Assembly: GCA_964016885.1 (NCBI GenBank)
Contig: OZ024743.1
Span: 312,542,001 to 312,606,000, forward strand
DNA length: 64,000 nt
Reading direction: 5' to 3'
Origin: Eledone cirrhosa
Taxonomy: Eukaryota
A model generated the notes under the pieces. That model did no database searches. It saw nothing but the letters and a program-made list of their open reading frames with translations, and had not been told where the DNA came from. Of the stretch, positions 40,459 through 54,163 are shown one piece after another (position 1 is the first letter of the stretch; every line of letters starts with the position of its first letter). The translations under genes and the position numbers were made by a program.

Positions 40459-41327
40459 ATATATATATATATTTCACTCACCTGCTTTTATGAGTGCCAA
40501 TATATTTCATTGAATTTGAGTAGATAGACATGTTGAAATGATTGAGGAATCTAGTAGGGGTGCCAAATTCTTGATTTTCAGCTCAATTATATTGGTGTTC
40601 TGGAATATTTAATAATAAATCAAATGTTATTAAATTATGCAGTGACAACCATAAAAATCATTATTTACTTAAGAAAAATAAAGGTTTTAGAGTATAATAC
40701 CATTTTAATGAACATGTAAAAAATTATAGAAATAATATAGGGCATTCTCTGTCTCTGTCCCATAACTCCTGTGGGAGTCTTAGGGGTGTTATATTGGCAT
40801 ACAGCATTTCTAGGGCATTTTAAAGCCTGACAGAGCCCATCTCCTCGCCAGGTCTGAACACAGCAGATTTCTTCCAGAGAAGAATAAAAGAGTGAGTGAA
40901 AAGAAGTGAGAAAGAGAAGATACAGAAAGAATTGACCCCAGTACCTGACTGATACTTTTTTATCCACCTCAAATGGATTAAAGACAAAGTTGACCCTGGT
41001 GGGATTTGAATTCAGAGAGTAGAGAGCCCAAAAGAATACTGCAAAGCATTCTATCCAATGATCAAACAACTCTGCCAATGCGCTGCCTTTATATAGGACA
41101 TTAGGAACAAAATAATCACATATTATAGTAACTATGATATTCATTGTGTTAGTAGAATTACAGTGTAGTGTCATAGTAAAGAGATGATGGTGGTACTATA
41201 TTAATGGATAGAACAGGTTTTACTAGAGCAGTGATGTGAAACAATGAGGGGTATGAACTGTTATAACAATGGTAATAACATGGTATAGTGTCATTGCAGT
41301 TGTGTAAGACTGCTGTATTTATGATAG

Positions 41328-42160
41328 ACTAGCAGAATGGCCCGGCGTTGCTTGGGATTTGCTCTAGGGTTCTTATATATTTTATATATTTATCCTTATC
41401 GAGCCTCATGAAATAAATACGTTTGTTTATATTTTGTTATTGTGTATTCAAAAATATCTGTACACGAATATATAATTATATATATATATATATATAACAG
41501 TACAGAGAAGTATGGAATACCTCAGCCTCGGGATGGTGTCTACATTTTGTGCTTATGAAAAATATTCTTCATAGATTACCAGGGTTTTTTTCCGTGTGAA
41601 GAAAATCAATACTTTATCGCAAAATAAATACTTTTGTTTATATTTTGTTATTGTTTATGCAAAAATATCTGTAGACGAATATATAATTATATATATATAT
41701 TAAAATAACAGATTAAAGTTTAAGCAAAGGATTGCTGCTTTCACGCTTAACGGGATCTTCTGAAACTAAAAAAATCAATCTGTGAATGCAGAAGTAAATA
41801 TTTCGAAAAACGTTACACACTATATATATATATATACACTACATATACATACACACACACACGCACATATAGCGTCATAATGTCGTAATGCAGACAACCA
41901 GACATACAGACATATTATAAGAGCGCAACGTTATATCTATGTATCTATCTAAAAAGAGAAAGACTAAGAATTATAGGAAGAGATCGCTAAATCGCCTAAT
42001 CCGGTCCCTAGGGCATTGAAAATTTGAAATTGTTTTGCTCAAAACAATCACAGGACCATAAGTATATCATGTGTAAAGTTTGAAGACAATCGGTTGGGTC
42101 GTTCTTGAGTTTTAGTGATCGGACAGACAGACAGACATTCTCTGTTTTAGATATATAGAT
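41328..42160. mobile_element. Non-autonomous Helitron/Helentron-type (HINE/DINE-like) element
   Basis: actagcagaatggcccggcgttgcttggg at one end; aatcggttgggtcgtt...(gaca)n...atatatagat at the other; inverted relative at 51220-52172. Confidence 0.7.
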
Positions 42161-42390
42161 CATATATTGTATCATAGCAGTGATATGGAGGGATGATGTC
42201 ATAATAATGATCAGTATGAGCTGTCATAAGAAACGAGGATGATGATGGTAATGAAGATGATCAATAAAGACTTGAGTAAGCAGGTTTGAGAATATGATGT
42301 ATACCTTCCCAGTTATGATATTATCACATAGGTTGGCGTATATATATATATATATTTCATTTCATTTGAGTTTGAGTCCATGCTCAGGCC

Positions 42391-42442
42391 AAGTCGAAGA
42401 CTCCACCCTCAGTCGAAGACTCCACCCTCAGTTGAAGACTCC
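42391..42442. repeat. 19 bp tandem repeat x~2.7
   Basis: gtcgaagactccaccctca repeated. Confidence 0.9.
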
Positions 42443-42452
42443 ATATTATATA

Positions 42453-42550
<98 letters not shown>

Positions 42551-42582
42551 AGAACAAAAGATGGTTAAAAGAGTTCCATGTA

Positions 42583-42649
42583 TTTTATTATGCGCATTTC
42601 AAAAACAAATATCATCATGCAATAATATTTGTGTTTTCATCAGATAAAA
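42583..42649 (-). ncRNA. Type I hammerhead ribozyme (pLTR copy 1)
   Basis: Reverse complement of 43921-43987. Confidence 0.85.
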
Positions 42650-43920
42650 CAGGAGGACATGATATGAAGGTTAAAAAACACTTGTGGATAGTTCAGTTTT
42701 AAATCAACATATGAGAAGTAGTTTTAGGTTGATATTGGGAAAAATATTTTATTTAGTGGGGGGGTTGGAAAGGATGAAAAGAAAGGAGGAGATGAGAGTG
42801 AAGGTGGAGAGGGAGGCGTATAATGAGGAAGGATGAGATAGGAGGAGAGATGGGTGATAGAGAGAGAGAGATAGCTTTTATAATTGAGAAAGATATATTG
42901 TTTTACATAGAGAGGTTGAAAACCGTTGGAAGATAATGTATAAATTAAAAGAATTTGAAAATTAACGAAGAGAAAAATAATGTAAAGTTAAGGTTTGTAT
43001 ATTGAAGGGTTTGATAATATGTGCGAAGAAAAAGAAAATGTTAATATGTATTGAGAATAATGAGTTAGATGAAAGGGAGGAAAGAATAATGGATTGAGGA
43101 TGAATAATCTAACGTCAAAAAAAATGTATATGTTTACGAAGGATTTTTACAAGGTGATATAGAGTAAGAGTGTATTGTATTATGTAATAATTGATTCTAT
43201 GTTAGGCAGGAGTGAGAAAAGGTACAGATTAGGAGTTAGACATTAGAAGAAGAAGAGAAGAAAGGGCAGTGATAAATAGGGGCGATGTAGAATGAGTAAA
43301 CAAGTATTATAGAATGTATAATAACCTTTGAAATAAGGTAGAAAGATGGGTATATTTTTAAAAGAAGTGTATATATATATATGTGCCTTTGAGAAAAAGA
43401 TTCTAAATTGATAAAGAATTGAATATTAGCTGTATACTTTGTGAAATGTTTTATGGAATTTATGTAAGCAGATAGAAAACAAGTCCGTCCGTCTATTTAT
43501 TATAGAATCTAGATTAGAGATAATGGTAAATTTTTCATTTAGACAGAGATTGCAGATTTTAGATAGAGAACTGTTCAAGTATGGAGACACAGAAGAAACC
43601 TTCTTCCAAAAGATGCTATATTTAATATTTTTGTCTTTCAAGGACCATATGAGTTCTGAGAGAGCCGTGTTGGTTCTTTTAAGTTTGTATTTAAAAGACG
43701 AATGATGGTTATAAAGACGAGCTTATGATATATGATATAATATGATATGATATATATATATATACTTTATATATATATATATATTTTTTTTTTCATCCCC
43801 CCCCCTCTAAATAAAATATTTTTCCCAATATCACACATCAATCTAAAACTACTTCTCATATGTTGATTTAAAACTGAACTATCCACAAGTGTTTTTTAAC
43901 CTTCATATCATGTCCTCCTG

Positions 43921-43987
43921 TTTTATCTGATGAAAACACAAATATTATTGCATGATGATATTTGTTTTTGAAATGCGCATAATAAAA
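43921..43987 (+). ncRNA. Type I hammerhead ribozyme (pLTR copy 2)
   Basis: ttttat-CTGATGA-long stem II-GAAA-tgcgca-TA-ataaaa; AUA triplet, palindromic stem III. Confidence 0.85.
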
Positions 43988-44112
43988 TACATGGAACTCT
44001 TTTAACCATCTTTTGTTCTTATATATTATGTATACTCCAGTCCTACAAATTGTAGAGTGCTTCTTATCCGATATCTGCATTGCTTTATTGTACTACAATA
44101 AAACTCACCTCC

Positions 44113-44147
<35 letters not shown>

Positions 44148-44156
<9 letters not shown>

Positions 44157-44594
44157 CAAGGAAAAGCAAATAAAGAAAGAATTTTTAAATAAATTTCAAA
44201 AAATTCACTGTACTTACTGCGGTTTCACATACTTTTATTATTATTCTCCCCAACGGTAGAGAAACCTTTGGACGGCTGCTATTTTTAGTAGCCGGAGATT
44301 GACCTGTCCACCTTGCTTTCAGTCTTTGCACACGGTGCTAGACAAAATTGTTTCATCATTCATTTGTTGGGGCAGTTTTGTTTGGCGCCAGTTTGTATTT
44401 TGAACTTGGGAATCTTATATTCTCCGAGAGAGAAAAGCCTTCTGACGAGGATCTCTTTCTCAATGAAAATCCGCTTGGATTACCTATTTGTTTTGGGATC
44501 TGAAACCGCGGTAAAGGCACATATAGTAGGTACAGTGAATATTTTGAAATTTATTTAAAAATTTTGTCTTTATTTGCTTTTCCTTGATTTTATA
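44148..44594. mobile_element. Non-coding element with ~70 bp inverted ends carrying a hammerhead
   Basis: tataaaatcaaggaaaagcaaataaag...ttcactgtacttact / agtaggtacagtgaa...ctttatttgcttttccttgattttata. Confidence 0.75.
44437..44518 (+). ncRNA. Type I hammerhead ribozyme with enlarged loop II
   Basis: gcctt-CTGACGA-ggatctc...gggatct-GAAA-ccgcgg-TA-aaggc; all core residues present. Confidence 0.88.
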
Positions 44595-44719
44595 TGTTCT
44601 GGCTTGTTTATTAATTAACTTGCCATTGAACCACACTTGCATACAGTCGGACTATACTTGTATCCCTATGTGTATTATTTACATGCAGGAACACATACTT
44701 TTATTATATATATATAAAT

Positions 44720-44966
44720 AGAGATCCTCTTCGGTCACGAATGACCATGGGGTTTGCACCTAGAAAGTTGACTTCTGAGGCACAAGTCCGGGCAGTGTTG
44801 TTTGTGGAAGACCAGCAGTCATCCACGCATACCAGCCTCCCCTCTCCATCCCACCAATGTTGTCCAAGGGAAAGGCAAAGGCCGATACAGCTTGACACCA
44901 GTGACGTAGCAACTCATTTATACAGCTGAGTAAACTGGATCAACATGAAATAAAGTGTTTTGCTCC
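44720..44966 (-). mobile_element. SINE body with RTE/BovB-like segment (head truncated)
   Basis: Right part matches the SINE head at 3590-3645; left part is a distinct body. Confidence 0.6.
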
Positions 44967-45782
44967 ATATATATATATATATTGTATTGTGAACTTTCAC
45001 AGGCAACCTAATGCAAAACCTGAGGCCAGGGAAATCCGTAGTTGTCGTCAATGTGTGAAGGAGTGCAAGTTTCTAGTAGACTTTAAAATCCATATCCGAG
45101 CATCAGACATCTGAATCTGACAAGTGATTGCAATACTCTTAGCGTGAGTTTGCAGCCATCATTTGAAAAGAGGGCCCTGAAATATACATAGTAAAACATT
45201 ACTTTGTTTTGTTTTATTTGTCATCCTTTGCTCCTTATATATTTCTTCTGCATTACACTGGCTTTTTGAAACTTAGTTGTTTATTATATATATATATATA
45301 TATATATAGTTATTTTTAAATAAATTTAATATGTAATATTGGTTCTCTGAATGATATCTTATCTGTATATTTCATCTATTCATTGAGTTGTTTAAGTATT
45401 AGAGACTAATAACCTTTTAATAGCAGAGACCAATGGTCAGTGGTTGACAGAGAGGCAATCCATGAGATGGGTAACAGGCAGATGAAATATAGAAAAGATT
45501 GAAAGAGGAGGAGGAGAAGTGCATAGAAATGACTGGAAGAAAGAAATAAAGAAAAATTGCTGACTGAATATATGTGTTTTTTCTCAAAAAGATTTTTTAG
45601 GTTATTTCCTCTTCTCACTTTCTATCTCACTATTTCATCTTTTATTTTTTTTTATTCTATCTTCTAATGAAGGACTACTGTCCAAAACATTGAGACTCTT
45701 TTCCTGCTATATCAAGCATTAAAATAATATATTTTTTCCTTGTACTGTGTCGTTTGCTTTGTTATTTCTGTTACTTTTGTTA

Positions 45783-45836
<54 letters not shown>

Positions 45837-46067
45837 ATATATATATATCATATCATATTATATCATATATCATAATGTAGCTGTTGTAAAACATGCTGGT
45901 ATGTGTTTTACAGGTTGCAAACATTATCAAATACAAGTATTTATACATAGAGTAGAATGAGATAATTTATTTTATATCAATAAGTGTCAGTTACTTTTAA
46001 TACACGTTTAAATAGATATCTTGATTCTACAAAGCTGTATCTGTTTCATTTACAATCCAGTTTTCAA

Positions 46068-46215
46068 CACATGACCTCAGATTAAACCACATTGCTAAAC
46101 ATGACCTTAGATCAAACTACATTGCTATACATGACCTCAGATCAAACCACATTGCCACCTTAGATCAAGACACATGGCTAAACATGACCTTAGATCAAGA
46201 CGCATTGCTAAACAA
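46068..46215. repeat. ~30 bp minisatellite x5
   Basis: acatgacct(c/t)agatcaaaccacattgcta repeated. Confidence 0.85.
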
Positions 46216-46802
46216 GAGCAACTACAAAATGTTATATAATGTTTCTATAGTTCCATCAACATGAAGCTTAAAGAAGGTAAGATTTGGAGAGGTTTCCTAG
46301 TAAATAAATAAATAGATATAACAAATATCTTTCCTAAACAAACAAAGAAAATATAATATAAATAAAATATAAAAGAAAAATTAATCTAGTTTCTGATATT
46401 ATTTGTGCATGAGTTACTAAGTTGGTTGTTGGTTCAAGGTCCTTTGGCAAACATTGTTTTTGCACCTGAGATTTATCAAGAATCAAGTTATTACGTAAAG
46501 GAAAGAAATATGAGCAGCCTATGAAAGTTAATATCATTTGTTTATTTATTTACTTTTCATTTTCTCTTCTGCCGTTGCTGATCGGGCTTCACTCTTGCCT
46601 TAAGTATTACTACTAACCTCTGAGATATATATACATGTGTGTGCGTCTGTTTGTATGTGTGTCTGTTTGTGTCTGTTTGTGTATGAGTATCTGTGTTTGT
46701 GTGTGTTTGTGTGTTTGTGTTTGTGTGTGTCTGTGTGTGTAAACAGTTGTTAATTGCTTGTTGGGGGTGCAGTGCTTCAGATGAGAAAACACTTGTTTTA
46801 TT

Positions 46803-46846
<44 letters not shown>

Positions 46847-49355
46847 TTCTTACTGTTTGTATTGCCTGTCTTTTAATAAAACAATTAATGAAACAATTAA
46901 CAAAACTATATTTTAATTCTTTCCTCTCATCTTTCCTAGTTTCACCCTCCTCTATTTTATTCTCCAGTCTTAGGAGCTATGGCTTGCTCTAAGTAGTAGC
47001 TAAGTCCTCCTTATATAACACCTCACTGTCTTTAAAAACAGAGTGAGTATTGGATAAGATAAGACAGGCTAGTCATGTGGAGGCATGTGACTTAATGGTA
47101 AGCGTGTTGGACTTAGGATCATAATGTTGTTGGTTTAATTCCGAGAATGGGTTGTGTGTTGTGTTCTTAAGCAAAACACTTACTTTCATGTTGTTCCAGT
47201 ATACTCAGCTGGAAATGAGTACCAGCAATAGCTGGAGGTTTAATTCTGTGATGGACTGACATCATGCTCAGGGGGCAGTCTTGTATTCTCAGTCACTTCA
47301 CACCACAGAAATTGGGGTAAGCACTGGCCTGATGAGCCTCCGGGCGCAAGAGAGACTTTAGATTTAGACTTTTAGCTAGTCATGGCTGGAGTGTCTATTA
47401 CCACAGATTTGCTTGACCATTTGTAATTGGCATCTTGATTCACTAAAATAACTGCTAAATTATCCTCAAAATCCACCTTATTGTCTTAACTCATTTTAAC
47501 CATATTTCTAATAAAAAATAATGCCTATGATTTTCAAATTATTTTGAAAAGGATTGAGAATTTGGAGGGATCTTGTAAAATAACTTAATTTTCTCATTAA
47601 TAACCTGGTGTTTGGGACATAAAGACATAAATTAACAAAGATATTTACATAAAATTGTAATTGAAGGTTTTTAATTCAGAAACTCACTGTGGAGATAACA
47701 AAGCATCACAAAGGATCACAATGTGTGAAGAGATGGTGTGCTGAAAAAGACCAGTCCAACCCATGCCGGCATTGAAAAAAACGGACATAAAAATTTCTTC
47801 AAATGTTATAGGTTCACCACCATTGAGTTTGTATTAATATAACTAATGTTATAAAAACTAAAAAAATGTAATTAAAAATAAGTATGTTGTGAGGAAAAGT
47901 CAAAATCATTTCAATTATATTATGTTAATAATTCCAACATAGAAATGTGGAAGCAGTTGTTTTCCATACTTAGGGAAATGATAAAAATAATTGTTTCTAC
48001 AAGGCCAACAATTACCCAGTGCATTACTGGTACTTTATTTTATTGACCCCATAAGGATGAAAGGCAAAGTTAACCTCGACAGGATTTGAACTCAAGGCAC
48101 ATTCTTTCCAAAACGTCTAAAGTCTGTATTGAGTCTGGAGGTTAATCGGGCCAGTGCTTATCCTGGTTTACATGATGTTAAGCTACTGAAAGTATATGAG
48201 TCTCCCTAAACAGGACCCCAGTCCATCACGGGGTTAACCCCCCCCCCCAGCTATTGTTGGTGTTCATTTTCAGCTGAATCAACTTGAGTAACATGAAATG
48301 AAGTGTTTTGTTCAAGAACACAACACCCAACCCAATTCATGACATTATGGTAACACATTGGTCCGGCAAACCAAAGATATGGGTTCGTGTCCCATGTATG
48401 TCAATACTCATCCTTTTTTTCATTCAGAGGGTTTTTAAAAAAAATCCCAACTAACAGACTAATTCTATTGGTGTCAGGAAGCCATCCCGACATAGAAAAC
48501 CTGCCAGACAGTCCTATATGAGTGAGACATGGTCACCCGACCAATCTTGCCTCAAGTAGGATAATTCCCATCTAAACCCATGCTAACATGGAAGATAGAC
48601 GTTAAACGAGAATGATGATGATGATGGCGTAAGCACATATTACTACCTAATTTTCAAATTCGCTAGCCGTTTCTAAACAAAGCCTGCTTTGTGTTTCCCT
48701 ATTTATATACATATAAGTAACTATTAAATTTAAAATAACTACCATGCATGCGAGATAGAATATAGAACTATCATAATCATCATACTCATCATCAATGTTT
48801 AACGTCCATTTTCCACACTAGCATGGCGTACATATATGTCTCTTTATGTCTGGTCTCATCAATCCTCAAAGAAGTTAAAATGTTGTCTACAGTAACTTCA
48901 CAATAATAGATTGTATAACATGCAGGAAGTTCTGTAAATCTGTTGGTGGGTGAAAAGAACTGTGTTCATCATCATTATCACCACCATCATCATCACCATT
49001 TACATCCATTTTTCCATGATAGCATGGCTTAGAAGAGTTGTCCCATTTTGAGACATGTTAGATCAGGTGACCGTGTTTTGCTCATACTGAACTGTTTAGT
49101 TGTAAATTATACATAGTAATTTCTGAACAGTGGTACTGATTCTAGTTAATTTTAATTACTCTTTTAATCTTTTACTTGTTTCAGGCATCAGACTGCAGCC
49201 ATACCGAGGCATGACCTTAATTTAAATGATCATATCAACTCTGGTATTTATTTTATCAATTTCTTTTTGTTGAACTGCTAAGTTAGGGAACATTACCACA
49301 GATACGAATACTCACATATGTGTATGCACACATGTATGTATGTATGTATATATAT

Positions 49356-49557
49356 ATAGAAAAATGTACGACCCCGACGGCAGAACTCAAGCCGTTTCGA
49401 CGGCTATTTCTGGACGCAAATAGTCTGGAAATAGCCGTTGACACGGCTTGAGCTCTGCCGTCGGGGTCATACATTTTCCTATTACCCACTCTACTACCCT
49501 AAGTATTGAGTACTCTGGTGTATTATGGTCCATCTGGTTCCTTACCACAACTCCTTC
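49356..49557. mobile_element. T-shaped hairpin element, copy 1
   Basis: Hairpin 49356-49482 plus ~75 bp tail homologous to 57448-57530. Confidence 0.75.
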
Positions 49558-50388
49558 GTTATCATCATCATCATCATCATCGTTTTACGTCCGTTCTTCC
49601 ACGCTAGCATGGGTTAGACGGGTTGTCCTGTTGTGGGCAGTGTCCGGTCGGCTGACCTTGTCTTGCTCATACGGGAACTGATTCTGGCTTGATTTCTACA
49701 GCTGGAAGCCCTTCCTAACACCAACCTCATTTACAGTGAGTGCTGGGTGCTTTTTTTCCGTGGCGCCTACATGTCCACTTTACAGTGTGGGCTGGGTGCT
49801 TTTTTGCCGTGGCACCTCTACGACCACATTGCAGTGGGAGGGTGTGGGGGCATATTGTCTATATGCTTCAGCTTTGGCTTGTACCCGTGGGGGGTTGGGT
49901 AGGAGGAAATGCAGTAAACACTGAAGAACAGCAAAGCTGAATTCTTGAGTTGCGGTGGAGCAGAAATGGTATCATCAATGTAAATGCTGCTTAACAAGTG
50001 CTTAACAGAACAACAAGTCCCAGCCAACTAGAGGAAAGGGGCCATTGTGAAGCTTCCAAAGTGGTCATGTAGATGTCACAACAAAAAGCACCTAACTCAC
50101 ACTTAAAGTGGTTGTGTAGGTGACACGACAAAAAGCACACAGCACACACAGTAAATATAGTTGGTGTTAGGAAGTGTATCGAGTTGTAGAAACCAAGCTA
50201 AAACCAGTTCCGTATGAGCAAGACATGGTCATCTGACCTGGTTGTCTCAATGGAGCAACTCGTCCATGTTAGCATGGAAAAATGGATGTTAAATGGTAAT
50301 GATGATGATATATATTTATATATATTCGTACACACAACCCATGCTAGCATGGAAAATGGACGTTAAATGATGATGATGATGATGGTGA

Positions 50389-50419
<31 letters not shown>

Positions 50420-50423
<4 letters not shown>

Positions 50424-50766
50424 TCATCATCATCATCATTTCATTTTACGTCCGCTTTTCCCTGCTTGCAAGGGTGGGACGGGAACTGATTCTGGCTTGA
50501 TTTCTACAGCTGGATGCCCTTCCTAACACCAACCTCATTTACAGTGAGTGCTGGGTGCTTTTTTGCCGTGGCACCTCCACGACCACTTTGCAGTGGAATG
50601 ATAGGGACCCCAGTCCCTATCATCTCATTTCTACAGCTGAGTAAACTGGAGCAATGTGAAATAAAGTGTCTTGCTCAAGGAAACAACACATCACCCAGTC
50701 TGAGAATTGAACTCACAACCTTTCGATTGCAAGGCCAATGCTCTAACCACTAAGCCATGTGCCTCC
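50420..50766 (-). mobile_element. tRNA-derived SINE with RTE tail (sister of 3517-3855)
   Basis: Near-identical in reverse. Confidence 0.85.
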
Positions 50767-51150
50767 ATATATATATACCATGTATCGAGTACTACTCTGA
50801 TTTGTGATATTCCCAGTCCCCACACTGCAGATTGTCAATCATCATCATCATCCTCATCATCACCATTTAACATCAATTTTTCCATGCTGGCATGGGTTAG
50901 ACAAGTTATCATGTTGTGAGCAATGTTAGGTCAGGTGACCATGTCATGCTCATACAGAACAGATTTTAGCTTTATTTCTACAGCTGGATACCTTTCCCTA
51001 GTGCCAAACTCATTTACAGTGAGTACTGGGTGCTTTTTGTCGTGGGGCCTACATGAACTCTTTACAGTGTGGGCTGGGCACTTTTACCAAACACGAACAC
51101 TTTACAGCGTGGACTGGGTGCTTTTTGCCATGACACCTACACAACTACTT

Positions 51151-51194
<44 letters not shown>

Positions 51195-51219
51195 GATATA
51201 TATATATATTTACACATGT

Positions 51220-52172
51220 AATACTTATGGTTGTTTGAGTGTTTTGAGCAAACAATATTTCAAATTTTGAATGCCCTAGGGACCGCATTAAGCGCCGGTT
51301 AGCGAACTCTCACTCTTTCAGTTTGTCTTTTTAGATAGATACATAGCTATAACGTCGCGCCCTTATAATATCTGTCTAGCTGTCTACATTACGACATTAT
51401 GAAAACATTGACTGACGTATTATCTTCACTATTTTCCGTTCATTGCCAGGGAACGTCTTCATGAACCAAAGTATCCTCTTCCTGTTTTCCTTCGACTGCA
51501 ACGTTTTTCGAAATATTTACTTCTGCATTCACAGATTGGTTTTTTTAGTTTCAGAAGATCCCACTAAGGGTGAAAGCCATGATTCTTTGCTTAAACTTTA
51601 ATCTGTTATTTTAATATATATATATATAATTATATATTCGTGTACAGATATTTTTGCATACACAAAATCAAAATATAAACAGCAGCAAAAACAACAACAA
51701 AGAGAGGGAACACAATTACATGCTTTTGAAAAATCGTTCTGGAAAATTATTTGCCTATTCACCCAAGGCGACTTCACTTTTTATTAGGATTTCTGCATCA
51801 ATTGGTGAACATACGACGAAACATTGAAAGGAGTAAGACCACACCACTCTCCACCACTGCAGTCCCACATGCTAACTGCTCTCTAACTATTGCTTTCATT
51901 GTACCATAGCACAACAAATACATGTTCGGTATGTCAAATGCCATTTTACTTAACCCTATAGTCTTGGCTTTCGTGGGTTGAACATTTTACTCTCAGGCAC
52001 CCAATTAAGTTAAACCCCTGGTAATCTACGACATATTTTTTTTATAAGCACAAAATGTAGACACCATCCCGAGGCCGAGGTATTCCGTACTTCTCTGTAC
52101 TGTTTCAGAAAGGAGGGACAAACATCCCAATCTATGTTTAGAATCCCGAGCAACGCTGGACTATTCTGCTAG
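51220..52172. mobile_element. Helitron/Helentron-type non-autonomous element, inverted relative of 41328-42160
   Basis: Shared blocks (ccctagggcatt, ttcagaagatccc, gtagacaccatcccgagg) and terminal cccgagcaacgctggactattctgctag. Confidence 0.7.
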
Positions 52173-53327
52173 TATATAATATATAAATATATATATATAC
52201 ACACACACACATATATATGTAATATATATATATACCTCTACCTCATAAAGTATTGTTAAATCTGATGCTATAGTAGAAAACACTTGCCCAAGGTGACACA
52301 AGGTGGGAATGAACTCAGAACCCCATGTGTGCAAAGTAAACTCCTTAACCACATCGCCATAGCTCTACTTACCAACAAAATGGTAAGAAAATCTTCTAAT
52401 AGTTAGTTGTATAACATCTTTGTTGTCATCACTGCTGTAATTTAACACTACTAGGTGTTCACTTTATCTCTCTTAATGTAGATAAAATGCTTTCCTACAT
52501 TTGCAGCCCTGATACTGTAACATAATAGCATTGTCATCACAACCCCCTTCCACCTATTAATATTTACATTTACATATTTGCATTTTATGTGTGTCTTGCT
52601 GATACAGAACTGTTTCTGGGTTGGTTGGGTTGGTTTCTATGGCTGGAAGTTATTCCTAACGCCAACCACATTACAGGGTGAACTGGGTTCTTCTTCTTCT
52701 TCTTCTTCTTCTTCTTCTTCTTCTTCTTCTTCTTCTCCCCCTCCTCTCCGCCCTCCTCCTTGTCATCATCGTTGTCGTCGTCGTTATCATTATCATCATC
52801 ATCATCATCATCCTACTTATTCCTGGAATCATTGGGATGATGATGATGATGACAACGACAAGGATGTTACGTCTGATAGGACCCACTGGGTCCTATCAGA
52901 CGCAACTTTTTCCTATTGATCTGACTGGATCTCCAAGTCACACCAGCTGAGCCCATGAATGTTATCCAGTTATCTTGCTTTGGTTCTACACCAGGGTTTC
53001 CTACCACTTGGTTTATATTTTTACACTGAATATATTGGAAAGAATATATTGTCTGATTGATGTAGCTCTACCATTTGATAAAGTGGGAGACAAACAATGT
53101 TAGAAAATAGAGAAACACCAAGATTTGAAATTGGAATGGCAAAGAATCTGGAATTACCCCAAAGCTGTTATCATGCTATTTGTAATAAGAGCTTTAGGGA
53201 CAGAAATTTGAATGAACCATAGGAAAGGTGCTAAATACTTAAGACTGCAGGAGATGGTTTGATATCGAGTGATCCAAATACTGACAGAGGAATAATAGCA
53301 AAGCTAAGGAGAGATAAATAAATCATA

Positions 53328-54163
53328 ATTTAGCACAAGGCCAACAATTTGAAGGGGGGGGGGGAATCGACCCCAGTGTGTTAATGGTACTTATTCTCTA
53401 AACCCATAAAGATGAAAGGTAAAGCTAAACTCAGTGGGATTTGAACTCAGAATATATAGAACTGCAGCAAAATGATGACCATGATGATGATGATGATGAT
53501 GACAATGATAATAATAATTGTTTCTACTTTTGGCACAAGGCCAGCAATTATCCCAGTGCATTACTGGTACTTTCTTTTATCGACCCCCGTAAGGATGAAA
53601 GGCAAAGTTAACCTCGGCGGGATTTGAACTCAGATCGTAAAGGGACGTAACTCTATGCTAGAAAGCATGTCCGACCATCTACCGATACTGCCAATTCTGG
53701 TTTCTTATATAGGCACAAGGCCAGCAATTTTTGGGGAGGGGAAAGTCAATTAAATCGACCCCAGTTCATAACTGGTACTTTATTTTATTGACCCCGAAAG
53801 GATGAAAGGCAAAGCTAACCTCGGCGGGATTTGAACTCAGAACGTAAAGGGCCATAACTCTAATGGTTTCTGATTTAGGCACAAGGCCAACAATTTTTTA
53901 GGGGAGGGCAAAGTCAATTAAATCTACCTCAGTGTGTTACTGGTACTTAATAATTGTTTCTACTTTAGGCCAGTAATTTGAAGGGGAGGGGAAAGTCGAT
54001 TAAATCGACCCACTACATTACTGATGCTTTATTTTATCGACTCCATAAGGATGAAAGGCAAAGCTAACCTCGGCAAGATATGAACTCAGATTGTAAAGGG
54101 CCGTAACTCTATGCCACATAGCACGGTGTCCGACGCTCTACCGATGCTGCCAATCCACCACCC
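53328..54163 (-). mobile_element. Cluster of 4-5 nested or tandem Meta-like SINE copies
   Basis: Repeated ggcacaaggcc...gatgaaaggcaaagttaacctcggcgggatttgaactcag. Confidence 0.85.

Larger units (their letters stand above)
42546..44028 (-). mobile_element. Penelope-like 3' fragment with inverted pseudo-LTRs
   Basis: ARLYNHHSSFKY...LSELIWSLKDKNIKYSIFWK...PY...CNLCLNEK...INRRTDLFSICLH (43426-43722); ~220 bp inverted repeats 42546-42765 / 43797-44025; (TA)n flanks. Confidence 0.88.

Noticed and set aside
47325-47360. CTGATGA-gcctccgggc-GCAA as a hammerhead
   Set aside because: No GAAA, stem III or stem I; it is the 3' stem-loop of a SINE
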